Positions 47,569 through 56,625 of a stretch of 64,000 nucleotides of DNA are shown piece after piece (the first letter of the stretch is position 1; each line of letters opens with the position of its first letter). The position numbers and the translations under genes are program-made. A model generated the notes under the pieces. That model saw only the letters and a list, made by a program, of their open reading frames with translations. It did not search any database and had not been told where the DNA came from. Source of the stretch: Kiloniellales bacterium (GTDB taxonomy: Bacteria > Pseudomonadota > Alphaproteobacteria > Kiloniellales > JAKSDN01); NCBI GenBank assembly GCA_041617155.1, contig JBFJPL010000010.1, positions 197 through 64,196 on the forward strand, given 5' to 3'.

Positions 47569-48767
47569 GCCAGCGCCTTTTCGTAGATCCGGTAGGTCTT
47601 GTAGGGCCGGCCGCCAGCCGTCTCGATGATGCTCTGGGCCTGCAGGTTGTCCTCGAGCACCCAGGAAAGCTCCGCGCTCTCAAAGCCGCGCCGGCGCAGG
47701 CCTTGGTGCGCCCGGTTGATCACCGCGAAGGCCAGGGCGGCGCCCAACGTGCCGCCCTGGAATTTTCGCCGCACGCCCATCAGCGGCATGCGGGCGGTGC
47801 GGATCTTGCCGGCTTTCAGGCGGTACAGCAGTTTGGCCCAGCCGAACGGCAAAAGCGCGCCGTCCAGATCGGCGATCGCCTCGTTAAGGTTCGGCAGGCC
47901 GACCGCGAAAGCCGCTGGCTCGCCCTCGACCTCGGCGATCGCGACGCATTCGGCATCGATCAGCGGCTTCAGGTCCTTGGCGACCTTGGCGATTTCGACC
48001 TGGGAGAAGGGGACGAAGCCCCAGTTGTTGGCCCAGGCGTCGTTGAAGATTCCCATGACCGCCTTCAGGTCCTCGTCGAACCGACGCATCAACAGCGGCC
48101 GGATGGTCAGGCCTGATTGCGCCTCGAGGCGACCGATCAGCCGTCGCGCGGACTCGGGCAGCGGGTCCCTGGCCATGTCGAATTCATAGGCGATGAGGTC
48201 GCGCACCTTGGCGTAGCCCAGGGCCTCCAGCCGTTCCGCGTAGTAGGGCCGCGCGTGTCCCATCATCAGCGAGGGCGGCCGCTCGAATCCCTCCACCAGA
48301 AGGCCGGACTCGTCGTTGATCGACAGGCTGAAGGGCCCGCGCACGCGCACCAGGCCGCGCTGGCGCAGCCAAGCCTCGGCGGTGCCGAGCAGCTGGGCGA
48401 ACACTTCCGCGTCGTCGATCGCCTCGAGGAAGCCAAAATGCCCGGTCGCGTCCTGGTGCTGGTTCAGCGCCGCCTGGTCGATCTGGGCGCTGATCCGGCC
48501 GACCGGCGTGCCGCCGCTGAGCGCCAGCCAAAGCTGCACCTCGGCGTGGCGGAAAAAGGGATTGGCCTTGCGGTCAAGGTGCTGGCGCCGTTCGAAGACC
48601 AGCGGCGGGACCCATTGGGAATCATCCCAGTAGATGCGCCAGGGAACCCTGATGAAGCGGTCGAGTGCCGCTTTGCCTTCGACCGGCAGGATCTCGACGG
48701 CGCCGGGCGCCGGCGCGCGCGCCGCGACCTGTTCCCGACCCGCTCCGCGCTTAGCCTGCTCAGGCAA
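47565..48767 (-). CDS. GNAT-fold N-acyltransferase, candidate bacterial ceramide synthase (bCerS-like)
   Basis: 400 aa (TTG start, AGAGGAG upstream). Motifs VPWRIYWDDSQWVPPL, NPFFRHAEVQLWLA, GRISAQID, GHFGFLEA and RGPFSLSINDESGLLVEGF are present. As far as I recall, this family is often mis-annotated as dATP pyrophosphohydrolase, and it includes the Caulobacter ceramide synthase. Confidence 0.7.
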   Translation of the reverse strand: MPEQAKRGAGREQVAARAPAPGAVEILPVEGKAALDRFIRVPWRIYWDDSQWVPPLVFERRQHLDRKANPFFRHAEVQLWLALSGGTPVGRISAQIDQAALNQHQDATGHFGFLEAIDDAEVFAQLLGTAEAWLRQRGLVRVRGPFSLSINDESGLLVEGFERPPSLMMGHARPYYAERLEALGYAKVRDLIAYEFDMARDPLPESARRLIGRLEAQSGLTIRPLLMRRFDEDLKAVMGIFNDAWANNWGFVPFSQVEIAKVAKDLKPLIDAECVAIAEVEGEPAAFAVGLPNLNEAIADLDGALLPFGWAKLLYRLKAGKIRTARMPLMGVRRKFQGGTLGAALAFAVINRAHQGLRRRGFESAELSWVLEDNLQAQSIIETAGGRPYKTYRIYEKALA

Positions 48768-48883
48768 TGTTATGACGCTCCTCTTCGCCGATCCGATCAG
48801 CCGCTGCAGCGGTTCCGTCGCCGCGCAGCACTATAGCGCCGAAAAAGTGATTCGGGGACCGTGCGGTGGCGCCCGGCGGCGGG

Positions 48884-49375
48884 CTATTGTCGCAGGGTGA
48901 TCTCCACGGTCGTACCGTTGGGGCCGACCGTAAAACGCGCTTCCTTGTGCTTCGGCGGCCCGAGGCGCAGGCCGGGATTGTTGGAGACGCCATAGGGCTC
49001 GGCCGGCAGTCCCAAGGCGTTCTTGTCGAACTTCCTGTTGCCGTTGACGTCGTGATAGAGGCCGATCGCGAAGACCCCTGGTCCCGGCACCGGCAGGCAC
49101 ATCTCGACGCTGCCGATGCGCGCCGGAACGCGAACCCGCACCAGTTTCTTCTTCTTTTTCAGGAACTCCTCCGGCTTGTCGCCGTGCAGGTCCGCGGTGA
49201 TCGTGCCCTTGGCCTTGCGCACGTTCTTGACGATGACACGGATCGCGCCGGCCTGTTCCTCGCAGGCCGCGGCGCGTGGTGTGGCGGCGCTTTGATCGAG
49301 GCCCGAGGCCGGCGCCGCCGAAGCGGGCAGGCCGACCGCCAATGCCAGCATCAAGCCTCTGAGTACGAATGTCAT
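48884..49375 (-). CDS. DUF2141-like secreted protein
   Basis: 163 aa with a signal peptide. Motifs HDVNGNRKFDKNALGLPAEPYGVSNN are present. Confidence 0.8.
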   Translation of the reverse strand: MTFVLRGLMLALAVGLPASAAPASGLDQSAATPRAAACEEQAGAIRVIVKNVRKAKGTITADLHGDKPEEFLKKKKKLVRVRVPARIGSVEMCLPVPGPGVFAIGLYHDVNGNRKFDKNALGLPAEPYGVSNNPGLRLGPPKHKEARFTVGPNGTTVEITLRQ

Positions 49376-49571
49376 CGATAGCCTGCCGTCGGTCCAGTTG
49401 GTGAAGCCGGGGTTGCCTCATCTTTATACGAAGCCTCGGGGCCTTACATCCACATTCCTTTGGTCGTCGCTTAAGGCGATCAGAAATACCTGTTTTCAAT
49501 CCGCCCGGCAGGCTAAACCTAAGCGGCCCGTTGCATCGCAGGTATCGCGCCCCGACCACGTTGCGAGCACT

Positions 49572-50759
49572 ATGTTCAAGACCCTAGACCGCTACGTTCT
49601 CCGGCAGATCATCGTCTCGTCGGCGGCGATGATCGGCATTGCCCTGATCGCTCTCCTGCTGGAGCGGTTGCTGCGGCTGCTCGGGCTGGCCGCCAATCCG
49701 GACCGGGTTCTGGGCTACATCTCGCAAATGCTGGTCTCGCTGATCCCGCACTACCTCGGGATCGCCCTGCCGTTGGCGTTCTTCCTCGGCATGATGCTGA
49801 CCTTCAACCGGCTTAGCCGCGACAACGAGCTGGCGGTGATGACCGCCGCCGGCAAGGGGCTGCAGCGGGTCATGGTGCCGGTTCTGGGCCTGGCCTTCGT
49901 ATTGACCGTCATCGCCGCCGTGACCTTCAGCTACCTTCAGCCGCTGGCCCGCTACACCTATCGCTCGCTGGCCCACACGGTGGTGCATGCGTCGCTCAAC
50001 GCGGCGGTAAAGGAGGCGACTTTCGTTCATGTCGATGGCCTGACCTTCATCGCCGAGAACGCCTCGGCGGACGGCGAGCAGCTCGGCAGGATTTTCGTCT
50101 ACGAGGAAAAGGCCGACGGCCGATCCTTCGTCACCACCGCGAGCCGGGGCACCTTGCGCGCTTCGAAACAAGGTCAGGGGCCGCTTCTGGTCCTGGACCA
50201 GGGCGAGCGGCTGGAGTTCCGTCCCGAACGCGGCGGCGCCGGTACCTTGGAGTTCAGCCGGTTCCAGTGGCCGATCACCCGCTCGTCGGACGCCGGGTTC
50301 CGGGCGCGCGGCAAGGACGAGAGGGAGCTCACCCTGTGGGAACTCTGGGCCGCCGCGAAGGCGCCGCCGCCGAAGATATCCGCGGCGGAGGCCATCGCCG
50401 AACTGCACGCCCGGCTGGTCAGCGTGCTGACCATACTGGTGCTGCCGTTCCTGGCGGTGCCCCTCTCGCTCGGCGGCGGGCGAATTGGCCAGTCCTACGG
50501 CATTGGCGTCGGGCTTCTGATCCTGGTGGTCTACGAGAAGGTGGTGACCTTCGGCGAGGCCATGGCGGAGAAGGGCGACATTACGCCCTGGCTCGCCATT
50601 TGGCTGCCTTTCGGCCTGTTTGCCCTGCTCGGCGGCTACCTCTTCTACCGGGCGGCCTACACGGTTTCCAGCGGCACGCTGGCCGGGTTGCCGGCGCCGC
50701 GCGACCTGTTCAAGCTGCTCGGCCGGCGCTTTCGCCTCAGGCACAGGCGCGCCACATGA
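49572..50759 (+). CDS. lptF: LptF/YjgP-family permease
   Basis: Part of ORF 49398..50759 with ATG at 49572. The sequence is MFKTLDRYVLRQI... It has six-TM architecture with a large periplasmic loop. Confidence 0.85.
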   Translation: MFKTLDRYVLRQIIVSSAAMIGIALIALLLERLLRLLGLAANPDRVLGYISQMLVSLIPHYLGIALPLAFFLGMMLTFNRLSRDNELAVMTAAGKGLQRVMVPVLGLAFVLTVIAAVTFSYLQPLARYTYRSLAHTVVHASLNAAVKEATFVHVDGLTFIAENASADGEQLGRIFVYEEKADGRSFVTTASRGTLRASKQGQGPLLVLDQGERLEFRPERGGAGTLEFSRFQWPITRSSDAGFRARGKDERELTLWELWAAAKAPPPKISAAEAIAELHARLVSVLTILVLPFLAVPLSLGGGRIGQSYGIGVGLLILVVYEKVVTFGEAMAEKGDITPWLAIWLPFGLFALLGGYLFYRAAYTVSSGTLAGLPAPRDLFKLLGRRFRLRHRRAT

Positions 50760-51829
50760 ACAGCCTGTTGAGCCGCTATCTGGCACGGCTTTTTCTGGCA
50801 CGGCTGTTGGTCATCCTGCTTGGCCTCGCGGCCCTGGTGCTTTTGCTCGACCTGCTGGCGAACAGCGACGAGATCATCGAGCGCGGCCGCGGCATCGCCG
50901 AAACGCTCGGCCGCTACAGCGTGCTGCGGTTGCCCGGCGTGCTGTCTCAGGTTATTCCCATCTCGGTCCTGCTGGCCACCTTGACGATGCTGGCCAGCCT
51001 GGCCCGGCATAGCGAACTGGTCGCGATCTTTGCCTCCGGCGTGTCCCACTTCAGGCTGATTCTCACCTTGTTGCCGGTCGCGCTGCTGGTTGCCGTGGTG
51101 CAGTACCTGGTCGAGGACTGGGCGCTGCCGCCGGCCAACGCGGCGCTTCGGGCCTGGGGTGTCGCCGACTTCGAGGACTTCGCCGCGAAAGACGATCAGG
51201 CGCGAACCTGGTTTCGACAGGGCGACAACTTCGTGTCGGTTCGCAAGATCTCCGGCGAGCAAGGGGATTTGTCCGGCATCGCCATCTTTCGCCGCAATGC
51301 CGAAGGCCGGCTGGTCGAAAAGATCGAGGCGGCGCGCGCCAGCTATGCCGCCGAAACCTGGGTTCTGGAGGATGTGGTCCGGAGCAATCCGGGCTCCACG
51401 AACAAGGTCACCGAGGCGCGTCTGGTTTGGCCCGGGGCGATCGAGAGCTCCGTGTTGCACCTGCTGTCCGTCCACCCGCGGGAGCTGCCCCGGGCGCAAC
51501 TGGTCCATCTGGTCGAGAAGAACGGCTACGGCAACCGGCCGCTCTATCTCTACAAGGTCTGGCTGCACAACAAGGTCGCCCGACCCTTCGCGACCATGGT
51601 ACTGGTCCTGGTCGGTATCGCGGCGGTGCAATGGGTCCATCCCCGGCGGCCGGCGGCCGGCATGCTGATCATTGGCATCGGGGTCGGGTTCATCTATTGG
51701 ATCTTCGACGAGTTCGTCGTGACGATCGGCGAAGCCGGGCTGCTGCCCGCCGTGATCGCGGCCTGGGCGCCGCCGATCATCCTGGCTGCTCTTGCCAGCG
51801 CCGTGATCCTGCGCCATGAGGGAAAGTAG
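50756..51829 (+). CDS. lptG: LptG/YjgQ-family permease
   Basis: Part of ORF 50267..51829. ATG at 50756 overlaps the lptF stop (ATGA). The sequence is MNSLLSRYLARLFLARLLV... Confidence 0.85.
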   Translation: MNSLLSRYLARLFLARLLVILLGLAALVLLLDLLANSDEIIERGRGIAETLGRYSVLRLPGVLSQVIPISVLLATLTMLASLARHSELVAIFASGVSHFRLILTLLPVALLVAVVQYLVEDWALPPANAALRAWGVADFEDFAAKDDQARTWFRQGDNFVSVRKISGEQGDLSGIAIFRRNAEGRLVEKIEAARASYAAETWVLEDVVRSNPGSTNKVTEARLVWPGAIESSVLHLLSVHPRELPRAQLVHLVEKNGYGNRPLYLYKVWLHNKVARPFATMVLVLVGIAAVQWVHPRRPAAGMLIIGIGVGFIYWIFDEFVVTIGEAGLLPAVIAAWAPPIILAALASAVILRHEGK

Positions 51830-51841
51830 CCCGAACATCCC

Positions 51842-52801
51842 ATGAAAATCGGATTGGTCAGCAATTGGCGAAGCCGGCGCAACAAGCGGGGTCTGCCGGT
51901 GCTGCCGGACACCAGGGTTTCGGGCGTCGAGATTCTGCATCGTCCGTTGGACGGGATCGTCGGCCTGGGCGACGTCTTGCGCGACTTCGCGGCGGCCGAG
52001 GTCGATATCCTCGCCGTCAATGGCGGCGACGGCACCGTCTCGGCCACCTTGAGCGAGCTGCTGCACCGCAATGCGTTCGACAAGCTGCCCCTTCTGGCGC
52101 TGCTGGGTGGCGGCACCACGAACATGACCGCCGCCGACGCGGGCCTGCGCGGCCCGGCGGCCAAGGCCTTGAGGCGCCTGGTCGCGCGGACCGCGCGCAA
52201 CGAACTCGAAGCCGTCACTGTCGAGCGTGACGTCATCCGGGTCGACTACCGGCCCGACCGGGCGCCGCTCTACGGCATGTTCTTCGGGACCGCCGCGATC
52301 TGCCGGGCGATTCAGCTGTGCCACGAGGTGTTTCATCCGATCAAGGTGGAATCCTCGGCCGCCGCCGGCGCGACCCTGGCCTACGTCTTCGCGTGCAGCC
52401 TGTTCGGCCGCACCGACAAGCATCGACTTATCCAAGGCGACCGAATGACCGTGCGCTTGGACGGCCGGGCCAGCGAAGAGGGCGAAAAGCTTTTGGCCCT
52501 GGTGACCACGCTGGACCGTTTGGTGCTGCGCTCCCGGCCGTTCTGGGGCAAGGAGGAGGGGGCGCTTCGATACATGAGCATCGCCCACCCGCCCTGGCGT
52601 CTGGGCCGCTCGGCCAGGCGCGTTCTGTACGGCGGCGCGGACCGCGGTTTGCCGCCGGAGCACTACGACAGTCACAACGCCGAGCGCATATCGTTCGAGA
52701 TGACCTGCCCCTTCACGCTCGATGGCGAGATCTTCGAACCGGCGCCGGACGTCCCGGTCGAACTGAGCTGCGGCGGGCGTCTGAGCTTTCTGCACAATTG
52801 A
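51842..52801 (+). CDS. Diacylglycerol-kinase-family lipid kinase (candidate ceramide kinase)
   Basis: 319 aa with ILAVNGGDGTV (DAGK catalytic domain motif) and LLGGGTTNM. It starts 12 nt after the lptG stop. Confidence 0.8.
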   Translation: MKIGLVSNWRSRRNKRGLPVLPDTRVSGVEILHRPLDGIVGLGDVLRDFAAAEVDILAVNGGDGTVSATLSELLHRNAFDKLPLLALLGGGTTNMTAADAGLRGPAAKALRRLVARTARNELEAVTVERDVIRVDYRPDRAPLYGMFFGTAAICRAIQLCHEVFHPIKVESSAAAGATLAYVFACSLFGRTDKHRLIQGDRMTVRLDGRASEEGEKLLALVTTLDRLVLRSRPFWGKEEGALRYMSIAHPPWRLGRSARRVLYGGADRGLPPEHYDSHNAERISFEMTCPFTLDGEIFEPAPDVPVELSCGGRLSFLHN

Positions 52802-52806
52802 GAGCC

Positions 52807-53760
52807 ATGATGAAACGACAAAAGGCTGTCCGGGAGGTGATCGCGGCCGAGTTGGGCCAGCCGGTGTCCGACAGCGTCAAGGCCGCGGCGGCCGAGATCC
52901 GCCGACGTCACCGGGCGGCCGTCGCCGGCTGCCTGTTTTACGGTTCCTGTCTCAGGGAAGGCCGCGACCAGGGCCGGGTGATCGATTTCTACGTGCTCAC
53001 CCAGGACTACCGGCAGTTCCATGGCCGGCGCTTGCCGGCGATGCTGAACGCCCTTTTGCCGCCGAACGTCTATTACCTGGAGACCGAGTCCGACGGCCAA
53101 GTGGTCAGGGCCAAGTACGCAGTGATTTCGCTCGAGGATCTGGTCCAGGACACCTCGGCTTCCGCCTTTCTCTCGACCCTCTGGGGTCGTCTGTCGCAGC
53201 CCTGCGCGTTGGTCTACGAGCGCGACCAGCAGGTCCGCCGGGCGGTCGCCGCCGCGCTGGGTGCCGCGGTCGAAACCATGACGACGGAGACGCTGCCGCT
53301 GCTGCCGCGCGAATTTAGCGCCCGCGACCTCTGGACCCGGGCGTTTGCCGAAAGCTATCGCACCGAATTGCGGTCGGAACGCACGAACCGTCCAGCCGAG
53401 CTCTATCAAAGCTATGCCGCGCGCTACGACCGCGTGACGACGGCCATGCTGGCCGGATCACACATCGGGTCGGAGCCGGAGGCTTCGGACCCGCCGCGGT
53501 TCCGTCATGCGGCCGACGGCGGCAAACGCGGCGGCGCCGAACGACGATGGTGGCGCCGGCGCGTGGCCGGCAGGGCGGTCCATGTGCTGCGGCTCTGCAA
53601 GGCCGCCTATACCTTCACGGACGGCCTTGACTACATACTCTGGAAGATCGAACAGCACTCCGGCGTGCGCACCGAGCCGACGGCGTGGCAGCGGCGCCAT
53701 CCGCTCCTCGCGGCGCCGGGTCTGGCTTGGCGGCTCTATCGCCGCCGGGCCATCCGGTGA
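52807..53760 (+). CDS. Tam41/Mmp37-like nucleotidyltransferase (candidate lipid-phosphate cytidylyltransferase)
   Basis: Part of ORF 52318..53760; ATG at 52807 lies 5 nt after the kinase stop. The segments LFYGSCLREG...VIDFYVLTQDYRQFH, PPNVYYLE and KYAVISLEDLVQD....LWGRLSQP parallel the conserved blocks I recall for mitochondrial CDP-DAG synthase Tam41 (YGSGVF..D.IF.V.D...WH, GVYYN, KYGVIS...L..DL..W..LY.AGRLQKP). Confidence 0.65.
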   Translation: MMKRQKAVREVIAAELGQPVSDSVKAAAAEIRRRHRAAVAGCLFYGSCLREGRDQGRVIDFYVLTQDYRQFHGRRLPAMLNALLPPNVYYLETESDGQVVRAKYAVISLEDLVQDTSASAFLSTLWGRLSQPCALVYERDQQVRRAVAAALGAAVETMTTETLPLLPREFSARDLWTRAFAESYRTELRSERTNRPAELYQSYAARYDRVTTAMLAGSHIGSEPEASDPPRFRHAADGGKRGGAERRWWRRRVAGRAVHVLRLCKAAYTFTDGLDYILWKIEQHSGVRTEPTAWQRRHPLLAAPGLAWRLYRRRAIR

Positions 53761-53785
53761 GAAGGTTGGAACCGAGGCTTTCGAG

Positions 53786-55024
53786 CTAGACCCGCTCTTC
53801 GGCCACCCGGCGCAAAGGGAAGGCCTCGGCCGCCTCATAGGCGCGCATATCTTCCGCGACCATCGCAAAGGCTTCGGCGATCCGCTCGATCTGCGCCGGC
53901 GTGTGTGCCGCGGACGCACTGCAGCGCAGCAGCGAGGTGCTGTTTGGCGTACCCGGCGGGATCGCCAGGTTCACGTAGACGCCCGCCGCGATCAGCTTGT
54001 TCCAATACATCACGGCCTGGTCTTGGCTCGGGATCTTGACCGCGATGATCGGGCTGGCCGGCGCCGCCAGGGTCAGACCGAGATCGCTCAGCCGATCGTA
54101 AAGCGCGTGCGCATTGCGCCACAGCGTTTGCCTTAGTGACGGGTCGCTCGAGATCCGCCGCAGCGCCGTGGTTACCGAGGCGACGTTGGCCGGCGAGAGC
54201 GACGCCGTGAACATGTAGGGCCGACTGGCGAAGCGCAGATAGGGGAATTTCGGATGGTCCGAGGCGCAGAAGCCGCCGATCGAGCCCAGGCTCTTGCTGA
54301 AGGTACCGACGATGAAATCGACATCCTCCAACACGCCGGCATGCTCCGCCACGCCGCGGCCATGCTCGCCGAACACGCCGACCGAGTGCGCCTCGTCGAC
54401 GTAGAGGTAGGCGCCGTACTTGCGCTTGATCTCGGCGAACTCCGCCAGCGGCGCGATATCGCCGAACATGCTGTAGAGGCCTTCGACGATGATCAGCTTG
54501 TTGCCGCCGCCGCCGTCCAGGCGCTGTAGGCGCTTTTCCAGGTCGCTCGGCGAATTGTGCCGGAAGCGGATCACCGTGGCGCCGGTCATGCGGCAGCCGT
54601 CGTAGATGCAGGCGTGGCAATCGGCGTCCAACAGGATGTAGTCGTCCGGACCGGCGATCGCCGAGATCACGCCGAGGTTCGCCTGATAGCCGGTCGGGAA
54701 CACCATGGCCGAACCGAAATCGAAGAAAGACGCGATCTCTTTCTCGAGCGTGCGGTGTTCGGTATAGGTGCCGTTGGCGATGCGCGAACCGGTCGTGCCG
54801 GTGCCCAAACGCTCCAGCGCATCTTGTGCCGCGTCGACGCACTCGCGATCGAAGGTCAGGCCGAGATAGTTGTTGGTTCCCGCCAGCACGACTTTCCGCC
54901 CGCCGATGATGGCTTCCGTCGCGTGCCGCATTTCGTCCATGCACACGCCGAAAGGATCCTGTCCTGCGGCGACGATCTGTTCGTGCAGCGCGGGCAAGCC
55001 GGCCATTTTGTCAAAGAGATCCAT
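53786..55024 (-). CDS. spt: Serine palmitoyltransferase (alpha-oxoamine synthase family)
   Basis: Part of ORF 53786..55075 with ATG at 55024. It is collinear with the Sphingomonas SPT sequence as I recall it: DPFGVCMDE, GTNNYLGLTFD, GTTGSRIANGT, VDEAHSVG, the PLP-lysine motif GTFSKSLG and LLRCSASAAHTPAQI. Confidence 0.9.
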   Translation of the reverse strand: MDLFDKMAGLPALHEQIVAAGQDPFGVCMDEMRHATEAIIGGRKVVLAGTNNYLGLTFDRECVDAAQDALERLGTGTTGSRIANGTYTEHRTLEKEIASFFDFGSAMVFPTGYQANLGVISAIAGPDDYILLDADCHACIYDGCRMTGATVIRFRHNSPSDLEKRLQRLDGGGGNKLIIVEGLYSMFGDIAPLAEFAEIKRKYGAYLYVDEAHSVGVFGEHGRGVAEHAGVLEDVDFIVGTFSKSLGSIGGFCASDHPKFPYLRFASRPYMFTASLSPANVASVTTALRRISSDPSLRQTLWRNAHALYDRLSDLGLTLAAPASPIIAVKIPSQDQAVMYWNKLIAAGVYVNLAIPPGTPNSTSLLRCSASAAHTPAQIERIAEAFAMVAEDMRAYEAAEAFPLRRVAEERV

Positions 55025-55028
55025 GTTC

Positions 55029-55280
55029 CTACTGGGCCCCCGCTTGTTTGTGGATGGCTCGGACAAGATCCCCAACTGTCCGAATTTCCGATAACAGGTT
55101 CATCGGAAAGGAGATGCCATACTCGTCCTCTACTTCCATGATCAGATCGAGCACAGCCACTGAATCAATCTCCAAGTCTCCCGTGATATCGGTTTCGCCT
55201 GTCAGCTCTAGGTTTCTGACATTGAATTGCTGCAGCTTCTGGCAGACTTTGCGTAAAACCAGATCGTCCGCGACGTCCAT
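55029..55280 (-). CDS. Dedicated acyl carrier protein
   Basis: Part of ORF 55029..55370 (GTG); ATG at 55280 gives 83 aa. The phosphopantetheine site context is GDLEIDSVAVLDLIMEVE. It ends 4 nt before the spt start. The local G+C is noticeably lower. Confidence 0.85.
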   Translation of the reverse strand: MDVADDLVLRKVCQKLQQFNVRNLELTGETDITGDLEIDSVAVLDLIMEVEDEYGISFPMNLLSEIRTVGDLVRAIHKQAGAQ

Positions 55281-55390
55281 GGCGCTAGTTAGTACCCTAA
55301 TGGTTACGCTTTGGTTTAGCTGTGTGCGAATTATCCGGCCGCCGCTGAAACGACCCAAGACGTAAAGCACGCCGCCTTAGAACACTCAAA

Positions 55391-55444
55391 TCACTGTTTG
55401 TTACACAGTGTTACTGATCACTCTTTGTTACAGCCTGTTACGGC
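55391..55444. promoter_or_regulatory. Tandem 27-bp repeat carrying four TGTTAC hexamers upstream of acp-spt
   Basis: The two units are TCACTGTTTGTTACACAGTGTTACTGA and TCACTCTTTGTTACAGCCTGTTACGGC. TGTTAC occurs at 55399, 55409, 55426 and 55436, that is two pairs each spaced 10 bp apart. Confidence 0.45.
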
Positions 55445-55582
55445 TCTTCGGACGGCCTGTTCTCTTGGCTCGGCCCTCGAATCCTTGGTCGCTTCGCGGT
55501 CCGTGAAACGACCACTTGTCGCAACGTCGCGGCGCTGGCCGCCACGCGTCCGGATCGTCGGCCGGCCACATCCGGATGGTGC

Positions 55583-56524
55583 TCAAAGCCAACCGTTTCT
55601 CAGATACCAACCGAGCGTCAGACGCATGCCTTCATCCAGCTCCACCCTCGGCTGCCAGCCGGTCAAATCGGCGACGACGTTGTCCCGGCAAACCCAATCA
55701 TCGTGGTACAACTCGTTGACCTTCTCGGGCGCCATCGTCGGCGCACGTCCGGCAATTCGCGCCAGCCCGGAGTCGATGCCGGCAACCAGGCGCATCATGA
55801 TTCTCGGCACGGAAACGCAGGTCACTCTTCTGCCCAGGAAGCGCTCACCGGCCTCGGCAATTTCAGCCCAGCTGTAGCCGGCGCCCCGGGCATCCCTGAT
55901 CTCCAACCTCGATCCGCTCTCGACCTCGGCGGATAGCAGCGCAACGATCGCCTCGCAAAGGTCGGTCACATAGATGAGCGAGACCCGCGCCTTTGCAACC
56001 CTGGGCACCGGCAGAAAACCACGTTTCATGAAGCGGAACAGCCGCAGGGTTTCTCGGTCGCCAGGGCCATAGACAGCCGGCGGCCTCAGGGCGACCCAAT
56101 TCAATGCCGCGCCGTGCGCGGCCAATGCCTGCTCCGCCCGGTTCTTGCTCGCCGCGTAGCCGGACAGCGCCGGTTCGCGCGCGGCCAGTGAGGAGAGAAA
56201 GACGATGCGCGGCGGCGCCTCCTGGCGGCCGCAGACTTCGGCCAGCAGGGAGGTGCCGGCGGCATTCACCCGATCCAGGTCATCGCTCCGCGCCGCCTTG
56301 ATCAGGCCGGCGCAGTGCACCACCGCGTGACAGCCTTCGACCAATTCTTGCAAACTCGCCTGGTCCTCGAGCGTGCCGCCGACGACGGCGGCAGGCGCCG
56401 GCAAGCCGGCGCCATCCGGCCGGCGCGACAGAGCGCGCACGTCGAATCCCGCAGCCAGCAGGGACTCGACCAGGTGGCGACCGATAAAGCCGGTTGCCCC
56501 GGTAACCGCCACACGGCTGTTCAT
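55583..56524 (-). CDS. NAD(P)-dependent epimerase/dehydratase-family reductase (CerR-like)
   Basis: 313 aa with VTGATGFIGRHLV and the active-site context SGYAASKNRAE (YxxxK). It sits between the acyl ligase and acp, the same position I recall for the Caulobacter ceramide cluster. Confidence 0.8.
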   Translation of the reverse strand: MNSRVAVTGATGFIGRHLVESLLAAGFDVRALSRRPDGAGLPAPAAVVGGTLEDQASLQELVEGCHAVVHCAGLIKAARSDDLDRVNAAGTSLLAEVCGRQEAPPRIVFLSSLAAREPALSGYAASKNRAEQALAAHGAALNWVALRPPAVYGPGDRETLRLFRFMKRGFLPVPRVAKARVSLIYVTDLCEAIVALLSAEVESGSRLEIRDARGAGYSWAEIAEAGERFLGRRVTCVSVPRIMMRLVAGIDSGLARIAGRAPTMAPEKVNELYHDDWVCRDNVVADLTGWQPRVELDEGMRLTLGWYLRNGWL

Positions 56525-56625
56525 GTCATATCAGGTCTTGGTCGCTTCGGTGCGCCAGGTGCCGTCGGAATGCCTCGGAATTCATCGCGCGACTATCCAT
56601 AACCCGGCGTCGTCCGGCTGTCCGA

